A DNA stretch of 64,000 nucleotides from Alphaproteobacteria bacterium (GTDB lineage Bacteria > Pseudomonadota > Alphaproteobacteria > UBA828): contig OZ243972.1 in assembly GCA_965214705.1 (NCBI GenBank), forward strand, positions 544,001 through 608,000, given 5' to 3'. The position numbers were made by a program, and so were the translations under genes. The notes under the pieces are model-generated. The model had not been told where the DNA came from. It did not search any database and worked only from the letters and a program-made list of their open reading frames with translations. Positions 39,577-49,477 of this stretch are shown here, in pieces (position 1 is the stretch's first letter; each line of letters starts with the position of its first letter).

Positions 39577-40011
39577 GTGACCGCCCCGGACCTGGAGCGC
39601 GTCCTGTACGACGTGTCGGCGCTCGCGCGCCGTGCAAGCGATCATGCGTTGCGCTCGCCGGACTTCCCGGCCCACGAGGCCGCGGCCGTCCTGGAGGCGT
39701 TGACCGGCGCGCGTCTCGACCGGCGGCGGGCCGGCGAGCTCGGGCCGGAGCGCGCCGGCGCCGTGCACTTCGCCAAGGCCGTCGTCGTGCTGGCCTCCAT
39801 GTTGGGGGCGCGGCACGGGCTCAGCATCGGCATGGCGGGCATCCTGGACGATCTGCGGGCGCCGGAGGGGGCGTGCGCCGGCAACGGCTACGATCCGGCG
39901 CGCCGGCTCTGCCTGCGCTGTCGGCAGCCGTTCGAGAGCGACTGGCGCGGGCACCGCATATGCGACGCCTGCGCCCGGACGATGGGAGTCGAGCCCCATG
40001 CGCCGCTCTGA
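39577..40011 (+). CDS. Hypothetical protein with C-terminal CxxC..CxxC zinc ribbon
   Basis: RLCLRCRQPFES..GHRICDAC. Confidence 0.55.
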   Translation: MTAPDLERVLYDVSALARRASDHALRSPDFPAHEAAAVLEALTGARLDRRRAGELGPERAGAVHFAKAVVVLASMLGARHGLSIGMAGILDDLRAPEGACAGNGYDPARRLCLRCRQPFESDWRGHRICDACARTMGVEPHAPL

Positions 40012-40480
40012 TGCAGCGCCGGTAAGCCCGGTGCAAGGACCTTGCACGGCGGGTGACGGCGGCTGGCAGGAGGCGGTTGCGACGCTCTCCCGCGCGGCCG
40101 GGCGCTACGGCGCTCTGTTGGCGGCGGCGGGCGGGGACCGGGCGGAGGCGGCGTCTCGGCTGTGGCTGCGGAGCCGCGACGATGCGGCGCTCCGCGATGA
40201 CCTCGCCAGGGCCGCCTGTGCGCTTCTGGCGTTGGCGCCGGGCGGAGGCGAGACCACGAGGCCGGCCTCGAAGCCAGCGGGGCGGCGCCGGCCGGGGCGC
40301 CTGTCGCGCTTCGATCTGGACCCGGAGGTCGCGGCCTTCGTGCGCGAGCGGCTGGGGACGATGCCGGTCGTCAGGATCGCAGACGCGGCCCTGGCGCGGT
40401 TCGGTCCGGATCGCGCGCCGCGCAAGACCGCGATCTGCCGCTACTGGCACCGGCTCGAAGAGGGGCGCCGCGAGACGTAA
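39998..40480 (+). CDS. Hypothetical HTH protein with a gp27/DUF3486-like C-terminal domain
   Basis: LSRFDLDPEVAAFV...PRKTAICRYW resembles SSIKRLP...SRSAVGRY. Confidence 0.5.
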   Translation: MRRSDAAPVSPVQGPCTAGDGGWQEAVATLSRAAGRYGALLAAAGGDRAEAASRLWLRSRDDAALRDDLARAACALLALAPGGGETTRPASKPAGRRRPGRLSRFDLDPEVAAFVRERLGTMPVVRIADAALARFGPDRAPRKTAICRYWHRLEEGRRET

Positions 40481-40624
40481 GTTGGCGGTTCGCTCATGCA
40501 CTGGACGCATGGCCAAGGGCAGCCCAGGCCGAAGTGCAGGGTTCTCATGGCGCGCCGGTTTGTGTTGCGCGGGGTGCGCTGAGGATGGCGGCGGCACTCG
40601 CAATCGGTGTGAGGCAGCCGGCCC

Positions 40625-40700
40625 ATCCCATGGTATCTCACTCGATCCCACCCCATCCCTTCCGGCATAGTCCAGAAACTTCCAGCATCTTCCAGCCAAA
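40625..40700. repeat. Two 10-bp-phased arrays (ATCCC-like x4; TCCAG-like x4)
   Basis: atcccatggt atctcactcg atcccacccc atccc, then tccggcatag tccagaaact tccagcatct tccagccaaa. Confidence 0.65.
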
Positions 40701-40888
40701 CTGGACCTGCCAGTGACAAACTAAAGAGTCCATTCCATCGGTGGGACGGTTGTTATCAAGCGTGGGAAATTGCCCCCATGGTCTGTGCCCATAATCACGC
40801 CCCGTCGTTGGGAAGACGGGGTGGGGGATCACCGGAACCTGCTGCAATCAGGGTCCTATGGACGCCGCAGGAGAGGCGGATCGCGTCG

Positions 40889-42115
40889 TCAAAGCTCGTT
40901 CTTGTGGAAGCGGCCGTCCTTCATGATGACCGGGATGTGGCGGCCCTGCTCCTGAAGCAGTCCTAGGTCGCTCAGGGGGTCGCCCTCCACCACCAGGATG
41001 TCCGCCACCGCGCCCGGCGCGATAGTGCCGAGCTCGCCCGAGCGCTGCATCAGCGCGGCGTTGATCGAGGTTGCGGAGCGCAGGACCTCTACTGGCGCCA
41101 GCACCTGTCCCCGGATCAGGAACTCCTGGCTCTGCCGGTCGTGCAGCGGCCCGACGAGATCGGTGCCGAAGCCCATCGGCACGCCGGCGGCGCGGCAGAT
41201 GTCGAGCGAGCGCAGCCCGTCCTCGCCGAGGCCCTGGAGCTTCTCGGCAAAGATTTTGGGCAGCCCGAACTGGTCGCCGGACTCGATCATCGCGAAGAGC
41301 GTCACCAGGGTCGGCACCACGAAAGCGCCCGCCGCCGCCGCCTCCGCCGCCTCGGCGTCGATCAAGGTGCCGTGCTCGATCGAGCGCACGCCGAGCTCGG
41401 CGCAGCGGCGCACCGCACTCGCCGTGTGCGCGTGCGCCATCACATAGGTGCGCCGGGTTGCGGCTTCCTCCACGCCGACACGGATTTCCTCGTCGGAATA
41501 CTGGTCCATCCAGATGGGGTCGGTTGGCGAGAGCACGCCGCCCGAGACCATCATCTTGATCTGGTGGGCGCCCTTGCGGAGTTCCTCCCGCACCACCTGA
41601 CGCACGGCGTCGACCCCGTCCGCCACCTGGGTCAGCGGCCCGTGGTAGCCGGCGCAGCCGCAGGGCTCGAACCGGGTCTGCTTGCGCATGTCGCCGTGTC
41701 CGCCGGTCTGGCTCAGCCCGCGGCCCGCGAACAGGATGCGGGGGCCCGCGATCAGGCCGCGCTCCACGGCCAGCGCGAGGCCGAGGTCGGCGCCGCCCGC
41801 ATCGCGCACGGTGGTGAAGCCCCGCCTGAGTGCGCCTTCGAGATTGTGCCGCGCGTGCTGGTGGAGCAGCGAGGCCGGCATGTCGTCGAGGGCCGGGATG
41901 TTGAGGTCGACCAAGAGGGCGTGGAAGTGCGCGTCGATCAGCCCCGGCATCAGCGTGCGGCCGCCGCAGGCCACGCGCTCCGCATCGGCCGACACCCGCA
42001 CCGCGCCGTCGGCGACCTCCTTGATCCGGCCGTCCTCGACCACCACGGTCGCATTCTCGCGCGGCTCGGCCGAGACCCCGTCGAAAACCCGGCAGCCTTC
42101 AAAGACGATGGTCAC
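40889..42115 (-). CDS. Metal-dependent amidohydrolase (prolidase-like subgroup)
   Basis: MPGLIDAHFH, GFTTVRDAGG, AHAH, SIEHG and GTD motifs. Confidence 0.9.
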   Translation of the reverse strand: MTIVFEGCRVFDGVSAEPRENATVVVEDGRIKEVADGAVRVSADAERVACGGRTLMPGLIDAHFHALLVDLNIPALDDMPASLLHQHARHNLEGALRRGFTTVRDAGGADLGLALAVERGLIAGPRILFAGRGLSQTGGHGDMRKQTRFEPCGCAGYHGPLTQVADGVDAVRQVVREELRKGAHQIKMMVSGGVLSPTDPIWMDQYSDEEIRVGVEEAATRRTYVMAHAHTASAVRRCAELGVRSIEHGTLIDAEAAEAAAAGAFVVPTLVTLFAMIESGDQFGLPKIFAEKLQGLGEDGLRSLDICRAAGVPMGFGTDLVGPLHDRQSQEFLIRGQVLAPVEVLRSATSINAALMQRSGELGTIAPGAVADILVVEGDPLSDLGLLQEQGRHIPVIMKDGRFHKNEL

Positions 42116-42142
42116 GGTGCTACCCCCAGCCCAATCTGCTGT

Positions 42143-43906
42143 CTACCAGGCGAGCCCGTAAGCCGGCCGCCGCGGGTCCGCCCCGCCCGAGAGCGTGCCC
42201 CGCGCGCCGTCCTTGACCAGCACGCACATGGCGCCGGCCGGCCAGGCCCACTCCGGCCACCACTCGACCCCGTGGCCCCAGGCGGCGAGGGTGTTGCCGG
42301 CCTCCTCGGAGATGCGCGCCTCCAGCATCAGCTTGCCCGGATGGTACTCGTGCGGCTCGAAGGAATTGGGAAAGCTCATGGTCGCAAGGCGCGGCGCTTC
42401 CACCGCGGCCTGCGGGTTCATGCCGTAGACCACGATGTTCACGAAGGTCTGCAGCATCGCCTGGATCTGAACGTCGCCGCCCGGCGTGCCGAAGGGCATG
42501 GCGAATCCGTCGTCACCTATGGCGAGCGCGGGGTTGGGTGTGAGCCGCGGCCGCTTGCCGGGTGCCACGCTCGAGGTGTGCGCCGGATCGGCCCAGGACT
42601 GCGCGCCCCGCGAGGAGGCGCAAAGTCCAGTGCCCGGTATCACCGGTGAATCGAAGGAGATATCGCTCGGCGTCGCCGAGAACACGTTGCCTTCGCTGTC
42701 GATGGTACAGACGTAGGAGGTATCGTGCGCGGCCTCGACCGGCCCCGCTGCGGCGGCGCCCACTGACGCCCGGCCCGCGTCCACCGCGACGCCAAGGGGA
42801 TCGCCCGCCGGCGGCATCTCGGGCCACGCTTCGCCGGGCCGGATGAGGGCGCGGCGGCGGGTGGCGTAATCGTCGGAAAGCAGCGCTTCAGTGGGCACGT
42901 CGACGAAGCGCGGGTCGCCGATCCAGCGCTCGCGGTCGGCGAAGGCCAGTTTCAGCGCCTCCGCCATCATGTGCAGCGTTTCCGGGCTGTTGTGGCCGTG
43001 CGCGGCCAGCGCCTTCGTGTCGAGCAGGCGGAGCGCCTGGAGCAGCGTCGGTCCCTGGCACCAGGGGCCGCAAGCATAGACGTCGATGCCCTCGATGGTG
43101 ACCCGCTCGGGCGGCTCCACCCCCACCCTGAAGGAGGCAAGGTCATCCGCCGTGAGCAGGCCGCCGTTCTCCCGATGGTAGTTCACGATGGCCTGGGCGA
43201 TATCGCCCCGGTAGAAGGCGGCGCGGGCGGCGTCGAGGCCGGCGGCGCGGTCGCCGCCGGCGGCGCGCTCCTCGTCCGCCATGTACTGGAGCGAGCGTCC
43301 GAGGTCGGCCTGCACGAAGACATCGCCCACGGCAGGCGGGCTGCCGCCGGGCAGATAGATCGCGGCGTTCGACTGCCAGCGGGCGTAGTTTTCCGCCTTC
43401 TTGGCGATGACGCTCGCCATCAGCGGGTACATCACGAAACCGTCCCGCGCGAGCCGGATCGAGGCCTCCGCCACCTCGCCGAAGGTCATGGTGCCGTGGC
43501 GTTCGAGCGCGGTGATCCAGGCGTCCGGCGCGCTCGGCACCACCGTGCGCAGCGGGCTCACCGGGATGTGCCCGTCGTGCTCGCGCACGAAGAGATCGGG
43601 AGTGATTGCGGCCGGCCAGGTGCCGAGGCCGCTGATGGTCTCCACCTGCCCGGTCTTCGCACTGTAGAGAATGATCGGGGCGACGCCCGCGACATTGACG
43701 AGGTCGCTGTGTACGACACCTAACGCGATGCCGGCTGCCACGCCCGCATCGATGGCGTTGCCGCCCGCTTCCAGGACCGCGAAGCCCGCTTCTGTGGCGA
43801 GGTAGTGCCCGGCGACGATTGCGTGCTTGTGGCCGCGGATCACCGGCCGCATGGCGTCGATCGCCTCCGGATCGAACAGTGCGTATTCGCTTCTGCGTTC
43901 GCTCAT
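42143..43906 (-). CDS. Gamma-glutamyltransferase family protein
   Basis: GGNAIDA, DTSY nucleophile, PGKRPR.T and GTPGGD.Q motifs. Confidence 0.92.
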   Translation of the reverse strand: MSERRSEYALFDPEAIDAMRPVIRGHKHAIVAGHYLATEAGFAVLEAGGNAIDAGVAAGIALGVVHSDLVNVAGVAPIILYSAKTGQVETISGLGTWPAAITPDLFVREHDGHIPVSPLRTVVPSAPDAWITALERHGTMTFGEVAEASIRLARDGFVMYPLMASVIAKKAENYARWQSNAAIYLPGGSPPAVGDVFVQADLGRSLQYMADEERAAGGDRAAGLDAARAAFYRGDIAQAIVNYHRENGGLLTADDLASFRVGVEPPERVTIEGIDVYACGPWCQGPTLLQALRLLDTKALAAHGHNSPETLHMMAEALKLAFADRERWIGDPRFVDVPTEALLSDDYATRRRALIRPGEAWPEMPPAGDPLGVAVDAGRASVGAAAAGPVEAAHDTSYVCTIDSEGNVFSATPSDISFDSPVIPGTGLCASSRGAQSWADPAHTSSVAPGKRPRLTPNPALAIGDDGFAMPFGTPGGDVQIQAMLQTFVNIVVYGMNPQAAVEAPRLATMSFPNSFEPHEYHPGKLMLEARISEEAGNTLAAWGHGVEWWPEWAWPAGAMCVLVKDGARGTLSGGADPRRPAYGLAW

Positions 43907-43908
43907 GG

Positions 43909-45171
43909 CTACTCCTGGTTGGCGAGATCGACGAGGCAGGCGGCCAGCGTCTGGGCGCCCGCAGCAAGGTCGGCCGGCGTCGCGTTCTCCGCCTCGTTAT
44001 GGCTGACGCCCTTTTCGCAGGGCACGAAGATCATGCCCGTGGGGCAGAGGTGGTTGATGTGGCCCGCATCGTGGCCCGCGCCGGAGGGCATGCGCATGAC
44101 CGGATGGCCAAGAGTCTCGGCGTAGCGCTCCACCATGTCGATCAGCGTTGGATCGAACACGAGGGGTGCATGCTCCATGATTGACCGGACCGAGACCATG
44201 CAGCCCCTGGCGTGCGCCTCGCAGGTGGGCGCGATCTGCGCGCTAATGCGAGCGATCAGGTCCGGGTCGGGATGGCGGAAATCGATGGTGAAGTACGCGC
44301 GGCCCGGCACGGTGGCGGGCGAGCCGGGGTGACACTCGAAGCGGCCCACGGTGAAGCGCACCGTGTCGCTCTCGTCGGCCATCAGCTCTTCCAGCGCGGT
44401 CACCATGGCGACCGCCGCCTTGAGCGCGTCCCTGCGCACCCGGAGCGGGGTGGTGCCCGCGTGCGCCTCGGCGCCACTCACCTCCACAGTGAACCAACGG
44501 ATACCCTGGATCCCGGTCACTGCGCCGATGGTCAGGCCCTCGTTCTCGAGGCGCGGTCCCTGCTCGATGTGCGCCTCGACATAGGCCGCGAAGGGATGGC
44601 CGAAGGGGCGGTGCGACAGCCCCGGCGTGGATGCAAGCGTTTCGGTGAGCGCGTCCTCGAGTGTCACCCCCTGAAGGTCCACGAGGCCGAGCTGGTCTTC
44701 GAGCCTGAGCACACCGGAAAAGACGGCCGAGCCCATGGCGCCCGGCTGGAAACGCCCGCCCTCTTCGTTGGTCCAGGCGACGACGTCGATGGGCCGCGCG
44801 GTCTCGATCCCGGCCTGCGCGATGGCTTCGAGTGCCTCGAATCCGCCGATCACGCCATAGGAGCCGTCGAACTTGCCGCCCCGCGGCTGACTGTCGAGGT
44901 GGCTTCCTGTTACAACGGGCGCCGCATCCGCTTTGCGACCGGGGCGGCGGATGTAGAGGTTTGCAATGTCGTCGGTCGCGACCTCGAAGCCGAGATCGTC
45001 CGCCCACTCCACCATCAGGGCCCTGGCGCGCCGGTCCTCGTCGGAGAGTGCGGCGCGGTTGACCCCGCCGCGTTCGGTCGCGCCGATCTCCGCCATCGCC
45101 ATCTGGCGGGACCAGAGCCTGGCTTCGTCCACCGCTGCCGCAGCGGCTAGCGCCTCGGCCCTTGCATCCAT
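43909..45171 (-). CDS. M20 N-carbamoyl/allantoate amidohydrolase family
   Basis: GSHLDSQP.GG.FDG, NEEG.RF, EAHIEQGP and SGAGHDA motifs. Confidence 0.92.
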   Translation of the reverse strand: MDARAEALAAAAAVDEARLWSRQMAMAEIGATERGGVNRAALSDEDRRARALMVEWADDLGFEVATDDIANLYIRRPGRKADAAPVVTGSHLDSQPRGGKFDGSYGVIGGFEALEAIAQAGIETARPIDVVAWTNEEGGRFQPGAMGSAVFSGVLRLEDQLGLVDLQGVTLEDALTETLASTPGLSHRPFGHPFAAYVEAHIEQGPRLENEGLTIGAVTGIQGIRWFTVEVSGAEAHAGTTPLRVRRDALKAAVAMVTALEELMADESDTVRFTVGRFECHPGSPATVPGRAYFTIDFRHPDPDLIARISAQIAPTCEAHARGCMVSVRSIMEHAPLVFDPTLIDMVERYAETLGHPVMRMPSGAGHDAGHINHLCPTGMIFVPCEKGVSHNEAENATPADLAAGAQTLAACLVDLANQE

Positions 45172-45257
45172 CGCCCACCTCCCGCCGCGCACCGTAGAGC
45201 ATAGCGCTGTGCAAGCAAAGCTGGGGCGGGCCAACTAATAGATACGGCGAACAAAGG

Positions 45258-45346
45258 GGCCGGGCCGAAGGCCCGGACGGCGCGACTGCGCCGCGCGCGA
45301 AGCGCGGAGCCAAGCGAGCGGAACGAGCGCCCGGCGTCTGAGGGAA
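45258..45346. repeat. Dispersed palindromic (REP-like) element
   Basis: Successive hairpins ccgggc-cgaag-gcccgg, ggcgc-gact-gcgcc and gcgc-gaa-gcgc; second copy at 6053. Confidence 0.75.
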
Positions 45347-45352
45347 ATGAAA

Positions 45353-46015
45353 TTAACCTTTACGGCAGATGGTGAGGCCGTCGCCGATGGGCAGCATGAC
45401 CATGGTCACCCGCTCGTCGCCCTTGATCTTCTTGTTCAGGGCATCGACCACGGCGCCCGACTCCTGCCAGCGGTCGGGCTCCGCGATCCGGCCCATGTAG
45501 AACGTGTTGTCGAGCAGGATCAGGCCGCCGGGGCGCACGAGGGCGAGGCAGTGCTCATAGTAGATGTCGTAGCCCGACTTGTCGGCGTCGATGAAGGCGA
45601 AGTCGTATGCGCCCTCAAGGCCCTCGGCGCGCAGAGCCGCGAGGCTCTCTCGCGCATCGCCGAGGCGCAGCTCAATGCGCTCGGCAACGCCCGCCTCGGC
45701 CCAGAAGCGCAGCGCGATCTCGGCATAGTCTGCGTTGATATCGAGCGCCGTGAGCCGACTGTCCGCGCCCATGGCGTCTGCCACGACCAGCGCGCTGTAG
45801 CCGGTGAAGACGCCGATTTCGAGTGCGCGCGTGGCCCCGATCGACTGCGCCAATAATGCCATCAGCGCACCCTGCTCGGGCGAGATCTGCATCCGCCCCA
45901 TCTCGTGGCGGGCGGTTTCCTCGCGCAGGCGGCGCATCACCGCGCTCTCGCGCACGCCGTGGGCCAGCAGATAGTCGTGCAACGCGTCGGTGAGCGCGGT
46001 CGGGCGAGCGGACAT
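45353..46015 (-). CDS. SAM-dependent O-methyltransferase (caffeoyl-CoA/COMT family)
   Basis: LEIGVFTGYS, FIDADK and GDGLT motifs. Confidence 0.93.
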   Translation of the reverse strand: MSARPTALTDALHDYLLAHGVRESAVMRRLREETARHEMGRMQISPEQGALMALLAQSIGATRALEIGVFTGYSALVVADAMGADSRLTALDINADYAEIALRFWAEAGVAERIELRLGDARESLAALRAEGLEGAYDFAFIDADKSGYDIYYEHCLALVRPGGLILLDNTFYMGRIAEPDRWQESGAVVDALNKKIKGDERVTMVMLPIGDGLTICRKG

Positions 46016-46039
46016 GGCGTCTCCTGCAGGCGGCGGGTG

Positions 46040-47035
46040 TCAGCGCGCGGCGCGCCAGACGAGGCCGATCGCCTCGATCACGTCGAGGGTTCGCGCGACG
46101 TAGTGGTCGCGTACGGTGAAGCGGCTGTCGCCCTGCCCGGTCAACTCGCGCTCCAGGCAGTCGATCAGGCGCCTGAGGCGGCGCTGGTGCAGGCCCAGCC
46201 CACGCTGGATCGGGTCGGTGACCACGCCCGAGAACGCGGCGATCACCGCACCTGCCGCCAGGAGGCCGCCGGTGAGACCGATGCTGAGCGCGGCCGGCGC
46301 CGCGGCAGGGAAGACGCCGTACCAGAGCGCCCCGGCCCCGCTGCCCAGCGGGAAGCCCGCAATTGCCGCATGCTGCACCAGCATCTGGGCCGTCGCCGGG
46401 CCGAGCGACAACATCCCCGGCGTGAGTTTCTTGAAGGCCAGCGCGCCCACGCTGGCACTCACTGCCGCGGTAGTCAGGTCAGCCGCCGAAACCCGCGTCC
46501 CCTCGTAGGTGCTCACGGCGCCGGCGAGCCAGGCGCGGAACGCCTCCTGCTCGGCCGGCGACTGCAGGGTATCTTCGCTGCCGTGTGCAATGCGGGGATC
46601 GCACAGTATCTCCTCCGCCAGCGCGTCGCGTTCCGACACGCGCTCGCCCTGTCGGATGGGGAGCTCCAGAAGCTCGGTGAAGAGCCGCCATTCGAGCTCC
46701 CGCGCGACATCGGTCTGGAAGAAGTAGCGTCGGCTATCGAGCCAATCAGCCGCCGGCGCGAGGCCCGCGCGCCGCGCGAGCCCGGCGCTGACCCGCGCCG
46801 CAAGGTGGGGGGCGGAGAGAGCCAGGTTCGCCGGCGAGCGCGCCAGGTCCCAGCCGACCGCCCGGCGGTGGAGCCGGAGGCTGCCCGAGAGCGAGAAGGT
46901 GCGGTCCACGAAGTCGTCGATCTTCGCCCGCCGCGCGGCGCAGTAGCGCACCGCGGCCTCTTCGACGATCTGGCGCGCTTGCGCGTCGCCGTCGTCCGCC
47001 GGCGCTGCGGCAGGGGCGGCGGGAGTCCCGCTCAT
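46040..47035 (-). CDS. Conserved hypothetical membrane-associated protein
   Basis: Long GC3-biased ORF in the operon with hydrophobic C-terminal segments. Confidence 0.7.
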   Translation of the reverse strand: MSGTPAAPAAAPADDGDAQARQIVEEAAVRYCAARRAKIDDFVDRTFSLSGSLRLHRRAVGWDLARSPANLALSAPHLAARVSAGLARRAGLAPAADWLDSRRYFFQTDVARELEWRLFTELLELPIRQGERVSERDALAEEILCDPRIAHGSEDTLQSPAEQEAFRAWLAGAVSTYEGTRVSAADLTTAAVSASVGALAFKKLTPGMLSLGPATAQMLVQHAAIAGFPLGSGAGALWYGVFPAAAPAALSIGLTGGLLAAGAVIAAFSGVVTDPIQRGLGLHQRRLRRLIDCLERELTGQGDSRFTVRDHYVARTLDVIEAIGLVWRAAR

Positions 47036-47041
47036 GGGCCC

Positions 47042-48433
47042 CTATGTGGCGCCTGCGCCGCCCTCGTCAAGGCAGGGGGCGCGGCGGAGGTGCCAGTCCG
47101 TCACCTGCTGATAGGCGTGGCCGACCCGGAACAGCAGCGGCTCCGCCCCCCAGGCGGCCTCCAGCATCATGCCGATGGGCAGACCGTCCGAGGAGAAACC
47201 GCAAGGGACCGAAAGGCCCGGAATGGACGCGAGCGCGCCGCCGTAGGTGAAGCGCGTCGCATCCTGGGTGGCGCGGTGGAGGCTGCGGTCGTCGGCGATG
47301 GGCGGTGCCGGCCGGGGCGTGGTCGGCGCCAGCAGCACGTCGACCGCCTCGAATACTTGCGCCAGCGCGCGACGCCACGCCTCGCGCCCGCGTATGGCCT
47401 CGGCGTAGTCCACGGCGCTGAACTCGCGGCCCATGATCATACGCTCGTAGACCGGCTTGGAGAGCGCGCCGGGGCCGGCATCGAGCCGTTCCTTGTGGTA
47501 GGCGCAGGCATCGGCGTAGGCCATGATCGTGGTCCAGCGCTGGGCAGTCTCGGCGCCCGGCAGGGTCACGTCAACGAGTTGCGCGCCCAGGGCCTCCAAG
47601 GTGCGGGCTCCGGTCCGGACCGCGGCCTCGACTTCGGAGTCGACGTTCCCGAAGAAGAAGTTGCGCGCGAGCCCGATGCGCACGCCCTCGATCCCGTCGT
47701 CGAGCCGGGGCAGGAAGTTGTCAAGCGGCACGTCCCGCGAGACCGGATCGAGCGGGTCGTAGGCGGCGAGCGCGGCGAAGAGGCGTGCGACATCCGCCAC
47801 AGTGCGCGCCATAGGCCCGACGGTATCGTGCGCGACGCTGACAGGCGTGATGCCGCGGATCGAGATGCGTCCATGGGTGGGGCGCAGGCCGGCGACGCCG
47901 GTCATCGAGGCTGGAATTCGCACCGAGCCGCCAGTGTCGGTGCCGAGCGAGGCCTCGGCCATCTCAGCCGCGACGACGGCGCCGGAGCCGCCACTGGAAC
48001 CTCCCGGTATGCGCGCCGGGTTCCACGGGTTGCGGCATTGGCCGACCACCGGGTTGGTCGAGACCACGCCCCAGGCCAGCTCCTGCATGTTGGCCTTACC
48101 GATCAGCACGGCGCCCTGCGCCTTGAGCCGGCCGACCACCGGGGCATCGCTGTTGGGGATGTGATCGGCAAGGTAGGCGGCGGCGCTGGTGGTGCGCACG
48201 CCTGCGGTCTCGATATTGTCCTTGAGCGCGATGGGCAAGCCGTGCAGGAGGCCGAGCCAGCGCCCCTCGGCAGCGGCCCGGTCGCAGGCGTCGGCTTCCT
48301 CCCGCGCCCGCTCCGCCGTGGTCGTGATCATGGCGTTGAGCGCCGGATCGAGCTGCTCGATCCGCGCGAGGCATCGCTCGACCGCCTCCCGCGCGGCGCC
48401 CGGCGCGGGCCGGTCGGGTATCCCCTCGCTCAT
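47042..48433 (-). CDS. Amidase signature (GatA-like) enzyme
   Basis: PIALKD, PGGSSGGS and GTDTGGSVRIPA motifs. Confidence 0.93.
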   Translation of the reverse strand: MSEGIPDRPAPGAAREAVERCLARIEQLDPALNAMITTTAERAREEADACDRAAAEGRWLGLLHGLPIALKDNIETAGVRTTSAAAYLADHIPNSDAPVVGRLKAQGAVLIGKANMQELAWGVVSTNPVVGQCRNPWNPARIPGGSSGGSGAVVAAEMAEASLGTDTGGSVRIPASMTGVAGLRPTHGRISIRGITPVSVAHDTVGPMARTVADVARLFAALAAYDPLDPVSRDVPLDNFLPRLDDGIEGVRIGLARNFFFGNVDSEVEAAVRTGARTLEALGAQLVDVTLPGAETAQRWTTIMAYADACAYHKERLDAGPGALSKPVYERMIMGREFSAVDYAEAIRGREAWRRALAQVFEAVDVLLAPTTPRPAPPIADDRSLHRATQDATRFTYGGALASIPGLSVPCGFSSDGLPIGMMLEAAWGAEPLLFRVGHAYQQVTDWHLRRAPCLDEGGAGAT

Positions 48434-48472
48434 GCTCGGGAGCTGCCTCTCGCCCGCGCGTGTCGCCGGCGC

Positions 48473-49477
48473 CTAATCGTCGCCATAGACCGCGATGCTG
48501 CGGATGGCGTAGTCGCCGCCGCTGTTGACCAGCGACAGGCCGCCGAATGGATCTTCAAGAGCGCTGCTCTTCACCCGGATAAGCTCTTCACCGTCGACGG
48601 ATGCGGTCATCGTCCCGTCGCCGTCGCGCACCAGAGTGACCGCGTGACTGCGGCTGTCCTCAAGGTTCACATCGTCGCGGGAATCGCCGATCACCTCCGC
48701 GCCGCGCCTGCTGAAGCGCGAGAGCACCAGCCCAGGATCGCTGCCAGGCAGATAGGAGAGGCGATAGCCTGAAGTGCCGGCCCTGCCCTGAAACAGGTCG
48801 ATCTCGAACTGAGCGTCCTTGTGCGTAATGCCCGACATCAGCTCCAGCTCGAGGGCGAAGGCGTTGGGAATGTCCGCTTCCAGGACGATCTCGGCGGGTT
48901 CGGGACCGGCCGGCCCGGTGTCCTCCTTCTCGTCCTCGTCGTCACCGCCAAAGAGGTCGTCGAGCTTCTTCTCGCCGCTCAGCAAGTCGCCGATCGTGTC
49001 CTTGCTCTTGTCAAAGAGTTCGCCGCCCTTGTCGAGCAGTTCATCCCCCTTGTCCCGGATGGTGTCGAGAGTAAGTCTCATTGCCTCCGCATCGGCCCCG
49101 CTCAGCGGAATCGTCGTGCGCAGGCCGAGCCTGCCATCGACCGAGAAGTCGCCGCTCACCACCTCCCAGCGAGGATCGTCCGTGTAATTGCCATCGGAAA
49201 AGTCGTCCCGTATCAGGGCCGTCCGAGGTCGGGAGTCAGCAACGTGCGTGGCGATCAGGTCCCGCAGGTCCTGGAGAAAACGCGGGTCAGCCGCCCGCGC
49301 ATCTTCGGCCTGGTCGATCAGCGCCTCGAGCTCCCGCGCGAGCGCCTCGAGCGCGGCGGGGTCCGCGGCCTCGGCGCCCTCCGGTTGCCATTCCGAATAG
49401 CGCGACCCGTCATCAGCGGCGGCTGGCACAGCCATCGCACTGGCGAGAAGGGCGGGGACGAGGAGCCTGCGCAGCAT
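48473..49477 (-). CDS. Secreted hypothetical protein with beta-sandwich-like C-terminus
   Basis: Signal peptide MLRRLLVPALLASAMAVPAAA; DDFSDG and W.V.SG motifs. Confidence 0.65.
   Translation of the reverse strand: MLRRLLVPALLASAMAVPAAADDGSRYSEWQPEGAEAADPAALEALARELEALIDQAEDARAADPRFLQDLRDLIATHVADSRPRTALIRDDFSDGNYTDDPRWEVVSGDFSVDGRLGLRTTIPLSGADAEAMRLTLDTIRDKGDELLDKGGELFDKSKDTIGDLLSGEKKLDDLFGGDDEDEKEDTGPAGPEPAEIVLEADIPNAFALELELMSGITHKDAQFEIDLFQGRAGTSGYRLSYLPGSDPGLVLSRFSRRGAEVIGDSRDDVNLEDSRSHAVTLVRDGDGTMTASVDGEELIRVKSSALEDPFGGLSLVNSGGDYAIRSIAVYGDD

Noticed and set aside
18021-40744. CCATCGGTGG at 18021 and 40735 as att repeats bounding the island
   Set aside because: Only 10 bp, one copy is part of a hairpin, and no integrase is present
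45905-48772. Long antisense ORFs (955 aa here, also 18193-20700, 55868-58321 and 12075-13793)
   Set aside because: Shadow frames of real genes in high-GC DNA with no recognisable motifs
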